Origin: Vulcanimicrobiota bacterium
GTDB taxonomy: Bacteria; Vulcanimicrobiota; Xenobia; Xenobiales; JADMJV01
Length of the DNA: 59,879 bases
NCBI GenBank assembly: GCA_050250895.1
Contig: JBFWNU010000014.1
Location: 1-59,879, forward strand
Reading direction: 5' to 3'
Positions 49,843 to 58,861 of the stretch are shown in pieces. The notes beneath the pieces were generated by a model. That model was given only the letters and a program-made list of their open reading frames with translations, was not told where the DNA came from and ran no database searches. Numbering within the stretch: position 1 is the stretch's first letter; each line of letters opens with the position of its first letter. Made by a program: the position numbers and the translations under genes.

Positions 49843-52497
49843 ATGGATTCTCGCGAGTTGCTGCGCCGTCGCCTGGTGGCTAACGGCTTTCTGCGGGCCA
49901 CCCCGGGCCAGCCCATCGTATTACGGGATGGCGCGCCGGCCCCCTGGATCCTCTATCTTTGGAACGAGAGCCTCGACTCTCAGGGAGCTCGCCTGATGGC
50001 CGACTGCTTCCTGGCCGAACTCCAACACTTTCGCTCGCGCCAGTTGGCCTGCCTTGGCTATACCGGCATGCCGATGTTGCTGGGTTGCCTGCTTGGGGGG
50101 GAGGGTTACACCGGGCTCTGTGTGCGCGACGAGCGCAAGCCGCACGGCACCTGTCGGCGTGTCGACGGCCCTGGCGACCGCTCTCGACCGGTGGTGGTGC
50201 TCGACGACTCGATCAGCTCAGGCCACAACATGACCCGGGCTATCGAGGCCCTAGAGCAAGAAGGCTTCACCGTCGAAGGCGCGCTCTGCCTGGTGCGCTT
50301 TCCCTGGCGAGGAGGCTTCGAGCGACTGGCCGCTCTCGGCTACCAGTGCCGTGCCGTGTTTGACGATGTCTGGACCGACCTCGAGTGCCGACCGCTGGAT
50401 TTCGTTCCCGGCTATCAGGGTCCCGAACCCCGGTGGGGCGAGGCCTTGCCCGACGGCCTGCATCCGACCCAGGCCGCGCGACGAATGATCGAGCAACTGC
50501 TAGCGGGGGCGGCCCTACCTCGGCCTCCGGCGCGGTTCGATACCGACTATCAGGCTCCGGGCGGGGTCTTCATCAGTTTGCGCAGCGTGCCAGACGACTA
50601 TCGGCGAGCCCGCGATGGCTTCTGGCACTTCGACCCCGAGCAAGCAGACTTCGGGCGGGATCTGGCCCTGGCCGCTCAGGCCCTGGTGACCAACTGCCGG
50701 CCTCGCTTGCGGACTCTTGACGGACTCAAGCTCGGGCTCTCTTTGCTCGGCCCCTTTGAAAAAGTGAAGCCCGGTCAGTGCGACTTCAATGCCTATGGCG
50801 TCGTGGCCCGCAGCCGGGGTCTGGGCTCCAAGCTCGGCGGAGCCCTGCCGAACACCCAGGTCATCCACAACACCGAGCATCAGTTGCGCCACGCGCGCTG
50901 GACCAACGCTTGCATTTTCGACTATGAGCCGATGGACTATTACCGCTACACCGTCGAAAAACTGGTCGAGCCCGGCCACCGCTGGCTGGCCTATGGCGGC
51001 AGCACGCCCACCGACGCCTGGGCCGTGCCGGCTCAGGGTCAGGCCATGCTCGACTTCGTCGCCGAGGTGATGGCTGGTCAGGGGAACGAGGACGACCTTT
51101 GCTCACAAGTTCGTTTCGGGCCCGAGTTTCTGCCCGTTCCCGTAGATGCCGTGGCCGTCACCCTCTACCATCGAGGCATCGTCGGCTGCGGCATGGCGTA
51201 TGGAGACAGCCTCGAGCGCTGCCTGTTTCGGGCCGCTCGACTGGCTGCCTCAGACCCACGAGCCGCTTCGACCACGGCGGTTTCGGTCACGATTTTTCAC
51301 GACCAGGAGCAAACAGCCAGCGAGCCCGCCACCAACAAGATGCGGCCGGGTCTTGACGGGGTATCGGTCTTTCAGGCTGATCGGGTCGGTTTTTTTCTTC
51401 CCTCGGTTTGCGTCTATCAGAACTGGGACCGCGACCAGACCCGGCGGGCACTGCTGGACAAGGTGGGGATCGGCACCGGCGGGCGCTGGGCGATCTATCC
51501 CACCGTGACCTGGCTTTCCGGCCCGAGCGGCCCCTGCAAGTTGCGCTTTGGTTTTCGCGAGCGGGCCCAAATGCCGGGCCACGCGCTCGAGCTGTTGGCC
51601 GGCTATCTGGCTCGGTCCATCGACGATTCGGGGCTGCCGGCCGCCTACTATTACCCCATCGGAGACCAGATCCTTGCCCGAGGCAGCGTGGCCCGAGCGG
51701 CTCTGAGCCTTTATGCCCTCGAACAAGCGGCCCTGGTGCTGGGTCGCGACGACTGGCTCGAGCTAGCTCGGCGGGGCTATGCGGGGCTGGTGCCCGAGAC
51801 CCCTATCGATGGAGCCCTCACTCTGCTGGCGACGGGGTCTTTGCAGCTGATCGAGGAGGTGGCGGGGATGGTCTGCCCCGATGGCCGGATCACCCCCCGG
51901 GCTGATAGCCGAGGAGTGGGTTCCGACCACGACTTTCTGCCCGGCACGGTCTTGCTGGCCCTGGCGCGCCGGGGTCGGCTGCCTGACCTCGAAGCTTGCC
52001 TTGATTTCTACCGGCGCCGTTTCGGGCTGATCCATCCCTGGGGCATGGTGGGCTGGCAAACCCAGGCCTGGGAGGCCATCCACGCTCTTGACCCCAGGCC
52101 AGAATATGCCGAGTTTGTCTTTGCCATGGCCGATTGGGCCCTCGACTATCAAGAGGAGTCGACGGGCGGCTTCATGACCGGGCTGCACCCTGATGGCCCG
52201 AGCTTTCACACTGGCTTTGTGGCCGAGGGGCTTTGTGCCGCCTGGCGGCTGGCCCGCCGAGTGGCCCCCGAGAAAGAGGCAGCCTATGGCCAGGCCTTCG
52301 CCCGAGCCATGGATTTTCTGGCCCAGCTGGTGTTGCTGCCCGAGGACGCCTTCGCTCTCACCAATCCCGAACGGGCCGTGGGCGGAGTGCGCGGCTCGCT
52401 CAACACCTCGTGGGTGCGCAACGATTTCGTGGCCCACTCGCTGCTGGCTTTGGTTTACGGTCATGTCTTGACCCACGGGGATTTGGTGGGAAAATAG
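49843..52497 (+). CDS. Multidomain enzyme: OPRT-like phosphoribosyltransferase + two AMMECR1-like domains + helical (alpha/alpha-like) C-terminal domain
   Basis: RDERKPHG loop and VVVLDDSISSG; GGVFISL...SLLG...YGVV...GGALP; VTL...GC...AA-DPR...PGLDGV...FLPSV. Confidence 0.75.
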   Translation: MDSRELLRRRLVANGFLRATPGQPIVLRDGAPAPWILYLWNESLDSQGARLMADCFLAELQHFRSRQLACLGYTGMPMLLGCLLGGEGYTGLCVRDERKPHGTCRRVDGPGDRSRPVVVLDDSISSGHNMTRAIEALEQEGFTVEGALCLVRFPWRGGFERLAALGYQCRAVFDDVWTDLECRPLDFVPGYQGPEPRWGEALPDGLHPTQAARRMIEQLLAGAALPRPPARFDTDYQAPGGVFISLRSVPDDYRRARDGFWHFDPEQADFGRDLALAAQALVTNCRPRLRTLDGLKLGLSLLGPFEKVKPGQCDFNAYGVVARSRGLGSKLGGALPNTQVIHNTEHQLRHARWTNACIFDYEPMDYYRYTVEKLVEPGHRWLAYGGSTPTDAWAVPAQGQAMLDFVAEVMAGQGNEDDLCSQVRFGPEFLPVPVDAVAVTLYHRGIVGCGMAYGDSLERCLFRAARLAASDPRAASTTAVSVTIFHDQEQTASEPATNKMRPGLDGVSVFQADRVGFFLPSVCVYQNWDRDQTRRALLDKVGIGTGGRWAIYPTVTWLSGPSGPCKLRFGFRERAQMPGHALELLAGYLARSIDDSGLPAAYYYPIGDQILARGSVARAALSLYALEQAALVLGRDDWLELARRGYAGLVPETPIDGALTLLATGSLQLIEEVAGMVCPDGRITPRADSRGVGSDHDFLPGTVLLALARRGRLPDLEACLDFYRRRFGLIHPWGMVGWQTQAWEAIHALDPRPEYAEFVFAMADWALDYQEESTGGFMTGLHPDGPSFHTGFVAEGLCAAWRLARRVAPEKEAAYGQAFARAMDFLAQLVLLPEDAFALTNPERAVGGVRGSLNTSWVRNDFVAHSLLALVYGHVLTHGDLVGK

Positions 52498-52512
52498 CGA
52501 AAAGGGGTGTCT

Positions 52513-53376
52513 ATGAGTCAAATCGGTCCGAACTTTCAACCCGAGTCCTTCCAGGTGCGCAACCCGTTCTCGGGTGGGCCGCCACCCACCGGTAACGGCT
52601 GGATGGCCCCCAACCCTCAGGTCCTGCAGTCGTTCTTCCAGGCCTTGTCCCAGTTGTTCGCCCTCTGGGGGCAGTTCGGCGGCCAGCCGCAGCCGACACC
52701 TTTCCCTTATCCACCCATCCCCGAGGTCATCGCCGAGGCGCCTCCGCCGATCTTCGAAGCTCCGCCCCGGCCGATTCCCGAAGTGATCTTCGAAGCTCCG
52801 CCCCGGCCCATCCCCGAGGTGATCTACGAGGCCCCGCCCCGGCCCATCCCCGAGGTGATCTACGAGGCCCCGCCCCGGCCGATTCCCGAAGTGATCTTCG
52901 AGGCTCCGCCTCGGCCCATCCCCGAGGTGATCTACGAGGCCCCGCCCCGGCCGATTCCCGAAGTGATCTTCGAGGCTCCGCCTCGGCCCATCCCCGAGGT
53001 GATCGTCGAAGCTCCGCCCCGGCCCATCCCCGAGGTGATCGTCGAAGCTCCGCCCCGGCCCATCCCCGAGGTGATCTACGAGGCTCCGCCCCGGCCGATT
53101 CCCGAAGTGATCTTCGAAGCTCCGCCCCGGCCGATTCCCGAGGTGATCTTCGAAGCTCCGCCCCGGCCCATCCCCGAGGTGATCTACGAGGCTCCGCCCC
53201 GGCCGATTCCCGAGGTGATCTTCGAAGCTCCGCCCCGGCCCATCCCCGAGGTGATCTACGAGGCGCCGCCCCGACCGATTCCCGAAGTAATCGTCGAAGC
53301 TCCGCCCCGGCCCATCCCCGAGGTGATCTACGAGGCTCCGCCGCCAATTATCGAGGCTCCTCCTCGTCCTTACTAG
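52513..53376 (+). CDS. Pro-rich tandem-repeat protein
   Basis: About 80-aa unique N-terminus, then 16 x EAPPRPIPEVI[F/Y/V]; variation between units is mostly synonymous, supporting this frame. Confidence 0.85.
   Translation: MSQIGPNFQPESFQVRNPFSGGPPPTGNGWMAPNPQVLQSFFQALSQLFALWGQFGGQPQPTPFPYPPIPEVIAEAPPPIFEAPPRPIPEVIFEAPPRPIPEVIYEAPPRPIPEVIYEAPPRPIPEVIFEAPPRPIPEVIYEAPPRPIPEVIFEAPPRPIPEVIVEAPPRPIPEVIVEAPPRPIPEVIYEAPPRPIPEVIFEAPPRPIPEVIFEAPPRPIPEVIYEAPPRPIPEVIFEAPPRPIPEVIYEAPPRPIPEVIVEAPPRPIPEVIYEAPPPIIEAPPRPY
52756..53331 (+). repeat. 16 x 36-bp coding tandem repeat
   Basis: 576 bp = 16 units, with degenerate units on both flanks. Confidence 0.95.
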
Positions 53377-53413
53377 CCCGGCGGGTCGTCTCGGCCCCAT
53401 TGCGTTAAGCTGT

Positions 53414-54460
53414 TTGGTCCTGGGTTTGCTGGCTCTGCTGGCCTGGCCGATTCCGGCCGCCCAGGCCCTCGTGTTGCGCAACCTGACCCTGGAGGGTAAG
53501 TCGGTCTCTGTGACCATTGCCGAGGGCAAGATCCAGTCGGTCGGTGGTTCCGGCCCGGGACTCGACTGCAAGGGTCTGACGGTGGTTCCGGGCTTCATCG
53601 ATACCCACGTTCATCTGGGCTTCTTCAAGCCACGCGAGTTGCTCGAGGGTGGATTGACCACGGTGCGCGACCTCGGCTGGTCACCTGAACTGGCCTTTGG
53701 GTGGAAGAAGGCCAGCCGTCAGCCAGAATGGGGCCCCCTGGTGCTGGTGGCAGGCCCGATCGTTACCGTGAAGGGTGGCTATCCGACTCGGGCCGGATGG
53801 GCCCCTGCCGACGCCGCCGCGGTCTTTCGCCCGAGGATGGTCAAGACGTTGCGGGAGTCGGGCGCCTCGGTCGTCAAGGTCGCTCTGGAGCCTCGCGCCG
53901 GCCCCACGCTGTCCCTGGGCGAGCTCGAGCAGTTGGTCCGTGAGGCCCACCAGCAAAAGCTGCGAGTGGCCGCCCACGTCAGCACTCTGGCCGAACTCGA
54001 CAAGGCCCTCGACGCGGGCGTCGACGAGTTGGTGCATCTGGTTTTTGATGACGTGCGAATCCCCGACGCGACTCTGGCGCGAATCGTGGCCCAAAAGGTG
54101 GTGGTGGCGCCGACTTTGCGAGTGGGGCCAGGCGCGAACCGGCTCGCGAATCTGGCCCGGCTCGAGAAGGCCGGGGGCCGCATCGTCTTTGGAACCGACC
54201 TCGGCAACGGCGGACGAGCCGGCATCGACATTGAAGAATTGCAGTGGATGGTGCGGGCCGGGCTGCCGGCCGAGCGCATCCTGCGTTCGGCCACCCGCGA
54301 CGCGGCCGACTGGCTGGGGATGCCCGAGCGAGGGCGTATCCGAGTCGGCGCGGTGGCCGATCTATTGGTGGTAGAGGGTGACCCTCGCCAGGATTGGACG
54401 CGGCTGGGTCGCCCCCGCCTGGTGATGCGTCAGGGTCGGATCATCGTCAACCGAATCTAG
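53414..54460 (+). CDS. Exported amidohydrolase-superfamily protein (start uncertain)
   Basis: PGFIDTHVH, TTVRDLG, VAAH, H, GTD, G-I-x-G-x-ADL. Confidence 0.88.
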   Translation: MVLGLLALLAWPIPAAQALVLRNLTLEGKSVSVTIAEGKIQSVGGSGPGLDCKGLTVVPGFIDTHVHLGFFKPRELLEGGLTTVRDLGWSPELAFGWKKASRQPEWGPLVLVAGPIVTVKGGYPTRAGWAPADAAAVFRPRMVKTLRESGASVVKVALEPRAGPTLSLGELEQLVREAHQQKLRVAAHVSTLAELDKALDAGVDELVHLVFDDVRIPDATLARIVAQKVVVAPTLRVGPGANRLANLARLEKAGGRIVFGTDLGNGGRAGIDIEELQWMVRAGLPAERILRSATRDAADWLGMPERGRIRVGAVADLLVVEGDPRQDWTRLGRPRLVMRQGRIIVNRI

Positions 54461-54580
54461 ATCGCAGGCATCGTTTTTAACGGTTTTGTCTGGTGGATAT
54501 ACCGATGGATACTCATGGCCTAACCTCATGGCCGGGACGCTTGCTGATTTATACGTTATAATGGATCAGGGATGTGTGCT

Positions 54581-55006
54581 ATGCGGTTGAAAACCCCCCC
54601 GGGGGCAAGAGGGGTTAGCCTTCTGCTCGAGGTTTTGTTTGGCTTTGGCTTGTTCGCTGTGGCCTTACTGCTGGTCTTCGGGCTCTTTCCGACTTCACAC
54701 CGGGCCACCACCAGCACCAAGAATCTGGCCATCGCCTCGGACCTGGCTCGCGAATTCATGGAGCAAGAACTCGCCAACGACTTTGGCAGCATCGCGAGCC
54801 GCCCACCGGTGGACATTCCCGTTCCCGTGACGGTCAACGGGGTAGCCAGTCAGACGACCTTCACGGTTGGGGTGGATGTCTTTCCCGAAGCCCCCGGGGC
54901 GCCCCCCAATAACTTCGAGCGCAAGAGGGTCCTGGTGACCGTCACCTGGCCCGAGGGCACCGGGGCCATCCGCTCGACCCGCTTGGAGAGCTATGCCATT
55001 CAATAG
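54581..55006 (+). CDS. Type IV minor pilin/pseudopilin (PilV-like)
   Basis: RG|VSLLLEV class III signal; V-VTVTW near the C-terminus. Confidence 0.75.
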   Translation: MRLKTPPGARGVSLLLEVLFGFGLFAVALLLVFGLFPTSHRATTSTKNLAIASDLAREFMEQELANDFGSIASRPPVDIPVPVTVNGVASQTTFTVGVDVFPEAPGAPPNNFERKRVLVTVTWPEGTGAIRSTRLESYAIQ

Positions 55007-55613
55007 GCGCGCCTTCAGCTTGCTGGAACTGGTGGTTTACGCCAGTCTGCTGCTGCTCTTGTTGGGCGGCGTAACCATGGTCGTAGTGGGAGGGGTGCGT
55101 TACCTGCAAACAGGCTCAGCCTATCAGACCGCTCAGAACGAGTCGCTGATTGCGATGCGCAAGCTGGTGGAGGACCTGGGTCGCAGCACGGCCCAGTTTC
55201 GACGTCCGGCTTCGCCTCTGAGCGACAGTGACCACATCATCTTTCTTTCGCCCGAGCCGCCGGCTGGGGGTAGTGATTGGACCTATAACAACGACGAGCT
55301 GCAGTATCACTTCTGGATCTGCTATTATTGGGATATGGGGCAGCGAGAGTTAGTCAGAGCACGATTGCCGGTAGGGGGCACCCCCATCACGCGAAGTACC
55401 ATCCCGGTTCCCACCGCTCCCCCCCTGGCCAACTTCAGGCCACCCGCTAATAATGACGTGCGGGTGATAGCCCGTGGCATCACCGATTTTGCCATCAACG
55501 ACGGGGCTACGGCGCAACAACTTGCCGTCCGCCTCAGCAGTTCGGTGGCCACGGCTTCCGACAAGCAGACGACCGTAACCACCCGAAGCCTGATAAGAAT
55601 GCCTAATCCATGA
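54993..55613 (+). CDS. Type IV minor pilin (PilW-like)
   Basis: RRA|FSLLELVV prepilin motif. Confidence 0.8.
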   Translation: MPFNRRAFSLLELVVYASLLLLLLGGVTMVVVGGVRYLQTGSAYQTAQNESLIAMRKLVEDLGRSTAQFRRPASPLSDSDHIIFLSPEPPAGGSDWTYNNDELQYHFWICYYWDMGQRELVRARLPVGGTPITRSTIPVPTAPPLANFRPPANNDVRVIARGITDFAINDGATAQQLAVRLSSSVATASDKQTTVTTRSLIRMPNP

Positions 55614-55631
55614 TGCGAAAAGGAGCCGAGT

Positions 55632-57053
55632 GTGAAAACTAGCACCAAAAAGAGGCGCGGAGTCGCTCTCGTCGTCATCTTGATGAGTCTGGCTTTGCTG
55701 GCTGCCGTAGCCATGGGTCTGGCCACCATCAGTTCAGGTCAGTTGATGCACGCCCACTCCGAGAGTCAAAGTCTCGAGGCGCTCTATGCCGCCCGAGCCG
55801 GGGCCTGGATCAAACTGGGTCAGGTCAGAGCGGGCGATACCAGTGCCATCGGCCCCATCGCGCTGGCCACGACCGGCGCTACCTATAGCGCCACGGTCAC
55901 GGTGGGCCCGGGGCCGGGCACTCCGCCCTTTCCGCCGGCCGACACCTATTATGTCGAGGCCACGGGTACCAGCAAAGGCGGTCATCAACGCAAAATGGCC
56001 ATTCTGGCTTCGCTCAGCCAGACCCGCTGGAGTCACGCTGCCTTCGGTAATACCCAGGTAAGAATGCAGTCAGGGTCTTACACCGACAGCTTTGATAGCA
56101 GCGGCGCCACCGTCGATCACAGCAAAGCTACCGTGGCGAGCAACGCCAAGATTAACGGCATCTACATCGAAGACCCCGAGAAAGTTGTGGTGGGCTGGGC
56201 CAACTCTACCGACATTTCCACCGGCAAGAAGAAGAAGGGCAAGAAAGACGACGATGTCGAGCTCAATCCCGAGGCCCGGGCGATGGGTCCGCCGGCCTCG
56301 GTCGAGAGCCAGGTGATCACCGGCAGCGCCAAAGCCCACGAAGCCTACAAAGGGTTCGCCACCACCAGCCAAAAAATGAACGTCGATCCCGTCACCATGC
56401 CGCTGCTGCCAGCCGGAGCTTCGGGGGCGGTGGTCGATCCTCTGGTGTCGACCAATCCCTCGGTGAGTGGGGCCGCCCTCTCACAAATCCTTCCCGGCGC
56501 CTACCACGATCTCGCGGCTACCACCGGAGAGACGGCCGTGCTGGATGTATCGGCTTTGCCGCCCGGTTCGACGGCGCAGTACGTCTTCCATCACATCGAC
56601 CTGAACCAGGCCACCTTGCAGATTAAGCAGCCGGCCGCGCCGGCCGCCCCGGTGACCGTGCAGATCTACGTCGATACTGGCAAAGGGGCCAGTGCTGACC
56701 CCACCGCCGGCATCCGCATGACCGGCGCCTCGCTGGTCAATGACAAACAGGTTCCGGCTCTGCTTCAGATCCTGATCGCCGGCACGGGCAAGAATATCCT
56801 CGAAGGCCACGACGAACTCAAAGACGGGGTGGGCCCTCCCACAGCCTATTATGTCGTCTATGCCCCCGAAGGGCTGGTGGATGTCACTCGGGGTCAGATC
56901 TACGGCGCGGTCGTGGCCGATGTGGTCAAACTCGATGGCGAGTCTTTGACCGACCCCGACAAGGCTCCGGCCGTAATCCATTTCGATACGGCTCTGCTCA
57001 ACGATACCAGCAACCCGGCGATGTTCAACGTTCTGAGTATCCAGAACCTGTAG
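55632..57053 (+). CDS. PilX-like minor pilin with large C-terminal beta domain
   Basis: KRRG|VALVVIL (no E5), ALYAARAG, YYVEATG, VYAP...IYGAVVA. Confidence 0.78.
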   Translation: MKTSTKKRRGVALVVILMSLALLAAVAMGLATISSGQLMHAHSESQSLEALYAARAGAWIKLGQVRAGDTSAIGPIALATTGATYSATVTVGPGPGTPPFPPADTYYVEATGTSKGGHQRKMAILASLSQTRWSHAAFGNTQVRMQSGSYTDSFDSSGATVDHSKATVASNAKINGIYIEDPEKVVVGWANSTDISTGKKKKGKKDDDVELNPEARAMGPPASVESQVITGSAKAHEAYKGFATTSQKMNVDPVTMPLLPAGASGAVVDPLVSTNPSVSGAALSQILPGAYHDLAATTGETAVLDVSALPPGSTAQYVFHHIDLNQATLQIKQPAAPAAPVTVQIYVDTGKGASADPTAGIRMTGASLVNDKQVPALLQILIAGTGKNILEGHDELKDGVGPPTAYYVVYAPEGLVDVTRGQIYGAVVADVVKLDGESLTDPDKAPAVIHFDTALLNDTSNPAMFNVLSIQNL

Positions 57054-57954
57054 ACACGGGGCCCTCGAGCCGATCCAGGCGCCAACCCCCCTCGGTCGGG
57101 ATCAGGGTCCAGGTCCAGGCTGTTGCCTGGCGGATGTCGGGGCCCGGTTCGACCCGCACCTTCATCTGATTGGATCTGGTCTCGAGCGGCGAGATCTTGC
57201 GAGATTGAATCTCCCAGCGGTTGGTCTCGTCGGCCAGCCAGGCCGAGACCTTTTGCTTGAAGGCATCCTCGGGCAGTTTCTCTTGCAGGCGGGGAGTGAG
57301 CAACATCCAGGCCTGGTGCAGTTCACGCAGGCGCAGCAACTGGTGGAAAGAGCGGGCCACATCCACGGCTTCGTCCTCGGCCACTGCCCTGGGGGTGGGT
57401 TGGTCGACGGATACCGGCCCGGGTCGGCGGGCCAGACCCCAGCCCATCAGAAGCAGCAGTCCGAGACCAACGGCCGCAATCAGTGCGGCCGGCGGAGGAG
57501 AAGTGGACCGAGCGCGCTGGCTCACGGGCGCCACGGGCTCAGCCTGGCGCAAGCTGCGACCCAGTTCGCGGCCGTAAGACTCCCACTGGACTCGATCGCT
57601 GACGGTGAAGGCGCCGGCCGCGGAGTCGTCGGCATAGAGCCAACCCACCAGACCCTGCTCGGCGTTTTGGATGGGCACGCAGAGGGCCGAGCCGATATCG
57701 GAGGACGGTAGCGAGGCTAACAGCCGATCCTCGCGGTCACTCACCAGCAGGGCCCGGCCGCTGGCCTGCGCGGCTTGAAGCACGGCTGAGCAGGCCGGGC
57801 TGAGATTGGTGAAGTCGCCGCGACCGCCTCGCACCACCAGTTCGCCGCCGGGTTCGTCGGCGAGCAGGACCAGCACGCGAGAGCCTGGGCTGCGGCCCCT
57901 CTCGGCGAAGGAGAGAGCCTCTTTGATGACCCCGCCGGTCGTGCGCCGGCTCAC
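57025..57954 (-). CDS. GAF-domain membrane protein with C-terminal NTF2-like domain
   Basis: SALCVPI...VGWLYAD...F; single TM; AW-LL...GWRL. Confidence 0.7.
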   Translation of the reverse strand: MSRRTTGGVIKEALSFAERGRSPGSRVLVLLADEPGGELVVRGGRGDFTNLSPACSAVLQAAQASGRALLVSDREDRLLASLPSSDIGSALCVPIQNAEQGLVGWLYADDSAAGAFTVSDRVQWESYGRELGRSLRQAEPVAPVSQRARSTSPPPAALIAAVGLGLLLLMGWGLARRPGPVSVDQPTPRAVAEDEAVDVARSFHQLLRLRELHQAWMLLTPRLQEKLPEDAFKQKVSAWLADETNRWEIQSRKISPLETRSNQMKVRVEPGPDIRQATAWTWTLIPTEGGWRLDRLEGPVSTGSGYSER

Positions 57955-58782
57955 CTAGCGGCCCTGGGGGCGGGGCAGTAGATAGACCAGCCCGGCGCCC
58001 GTCAGGAACCCGCCCAGGTGGGCCCAGTTGTCGATGTTGAGAATGTTCAGATCGGCCAGTTGCATGGCAAAACCATAGGCCAGATAGCCGAGCAGATAGA
58101 TCCCCCAACCGCGCATTTCCTCGGAGCCAAACAACCCGAATCGCTTGTGCAGCGCCAGAAAGGCGGCTCCCACTCCGAAAAGGGCTCCGCTGGCCCCGAT
58201 ACTCCCCTCGATTCCGGCCAGCCAGCTGGTCAGGCTGCCCCCCACCCCCGAAGCCAGATAGATCAAGGTAAAGAGGCCCGAACCGTAGACCCCCTCGAGT
58301 TCGGGGCCATAACGATACAGGAAGCCCATGTTGAAAGCCACGTGCCAGATGGCGAAATGCACGAACATGGGGGTGAAGAATCGCCAATACTGGTGCCGGG
58401 CGACAAAATAGTCATAGTTCACCAGGTAGTTGCCAATGAAGTCTGCTCCCGCGGGGATCTGGGCGGCTACAAAGATGGTCAGGTTGATGGCCAGCAGGAC
58501 CCCGGTGACCTTGGAGAGCGGAGTCATGTTGGCAAAACGCGGGGTATATTTCTCGCGCATCGCCTGCTGCAACTCGTCGGTGATCTCGCCGGTGCCCTCG
58601 CACGAGGCACAGGTCTTGGGGCACTCGACCTGACCGCTGCCAGCACAGCTCTTGCACTGGTAGGTCGTGCCGCGAGGCGTCGAACGACTGCCGGCGCCGT
58701 CGCAGGCCGGGCAGGGCAAGAATCCGCTGCCCTGGCAATCGACGCATACCCCCCGTCCTTCACATCGTGGACACTCCATCAT
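57955..58782 (-). CDS. Rhomboid intramembrane protease with N-terminal DnaJ-type zinc finger
   Basis: 5 x CxxCxGxG; WR, H-x4-H-x3-N, GASG, AHLGG. Confidence 0.9.
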   Translation of the reverse strand: MMECPRCEGRGVCVDCQGSGFLPCPACDGAGSRSTPRGTTYQCKSCAGSGQVECPKTCASCEGTGEITDELQQAMREKYTPRFANMTPLSKVTGVLLAINLTIFVAAQIPAGADFIGNYLVNYDYFVARHQYWRFFTPMFVHFAIWHVAFNMGFLYRYGPELEGVYGSGLFTLIYLASGVGGSLTSWLAGIEGSIGASGALFGVGAAFLALHKRFGLFGSEEMRGWGIYLLGYLAYGFAMQLADLNILNIDNWAHLGGFLTGAGLVYLLPRPQGR

Positions 58783-58861
58783 GGGGTTTTGCTCTTATCA
58801 GGAAGGATTTCCTCTGCCGGGCTTCCAAATTTAGGTCGATTGACGAGGGAGGCTTTGGCCA

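Noticed and set aside
49843-50400. Assigning gene symbol pyrE
   Set aside because: The domain is divergent, fused to about 700 unrelated residues, and has no pyr context.
52756-53331. CRISPR array, or the antisense Arg-rich ORFs 52727-53347 and 51763-53598
   Set aside because: No spacers; variation is synonymous in the + frame, so the minus ORFs are shadows.
52756-53331. Insect-type proline-rich antimicrobial peptide precursor (PPRPI resembles pyrrhocoricin/drosocin)
   Set aside because: Units are net acidic (2 Glu, 1 Arg) with no dibasic processing sites, whereas those peptides are cationic.
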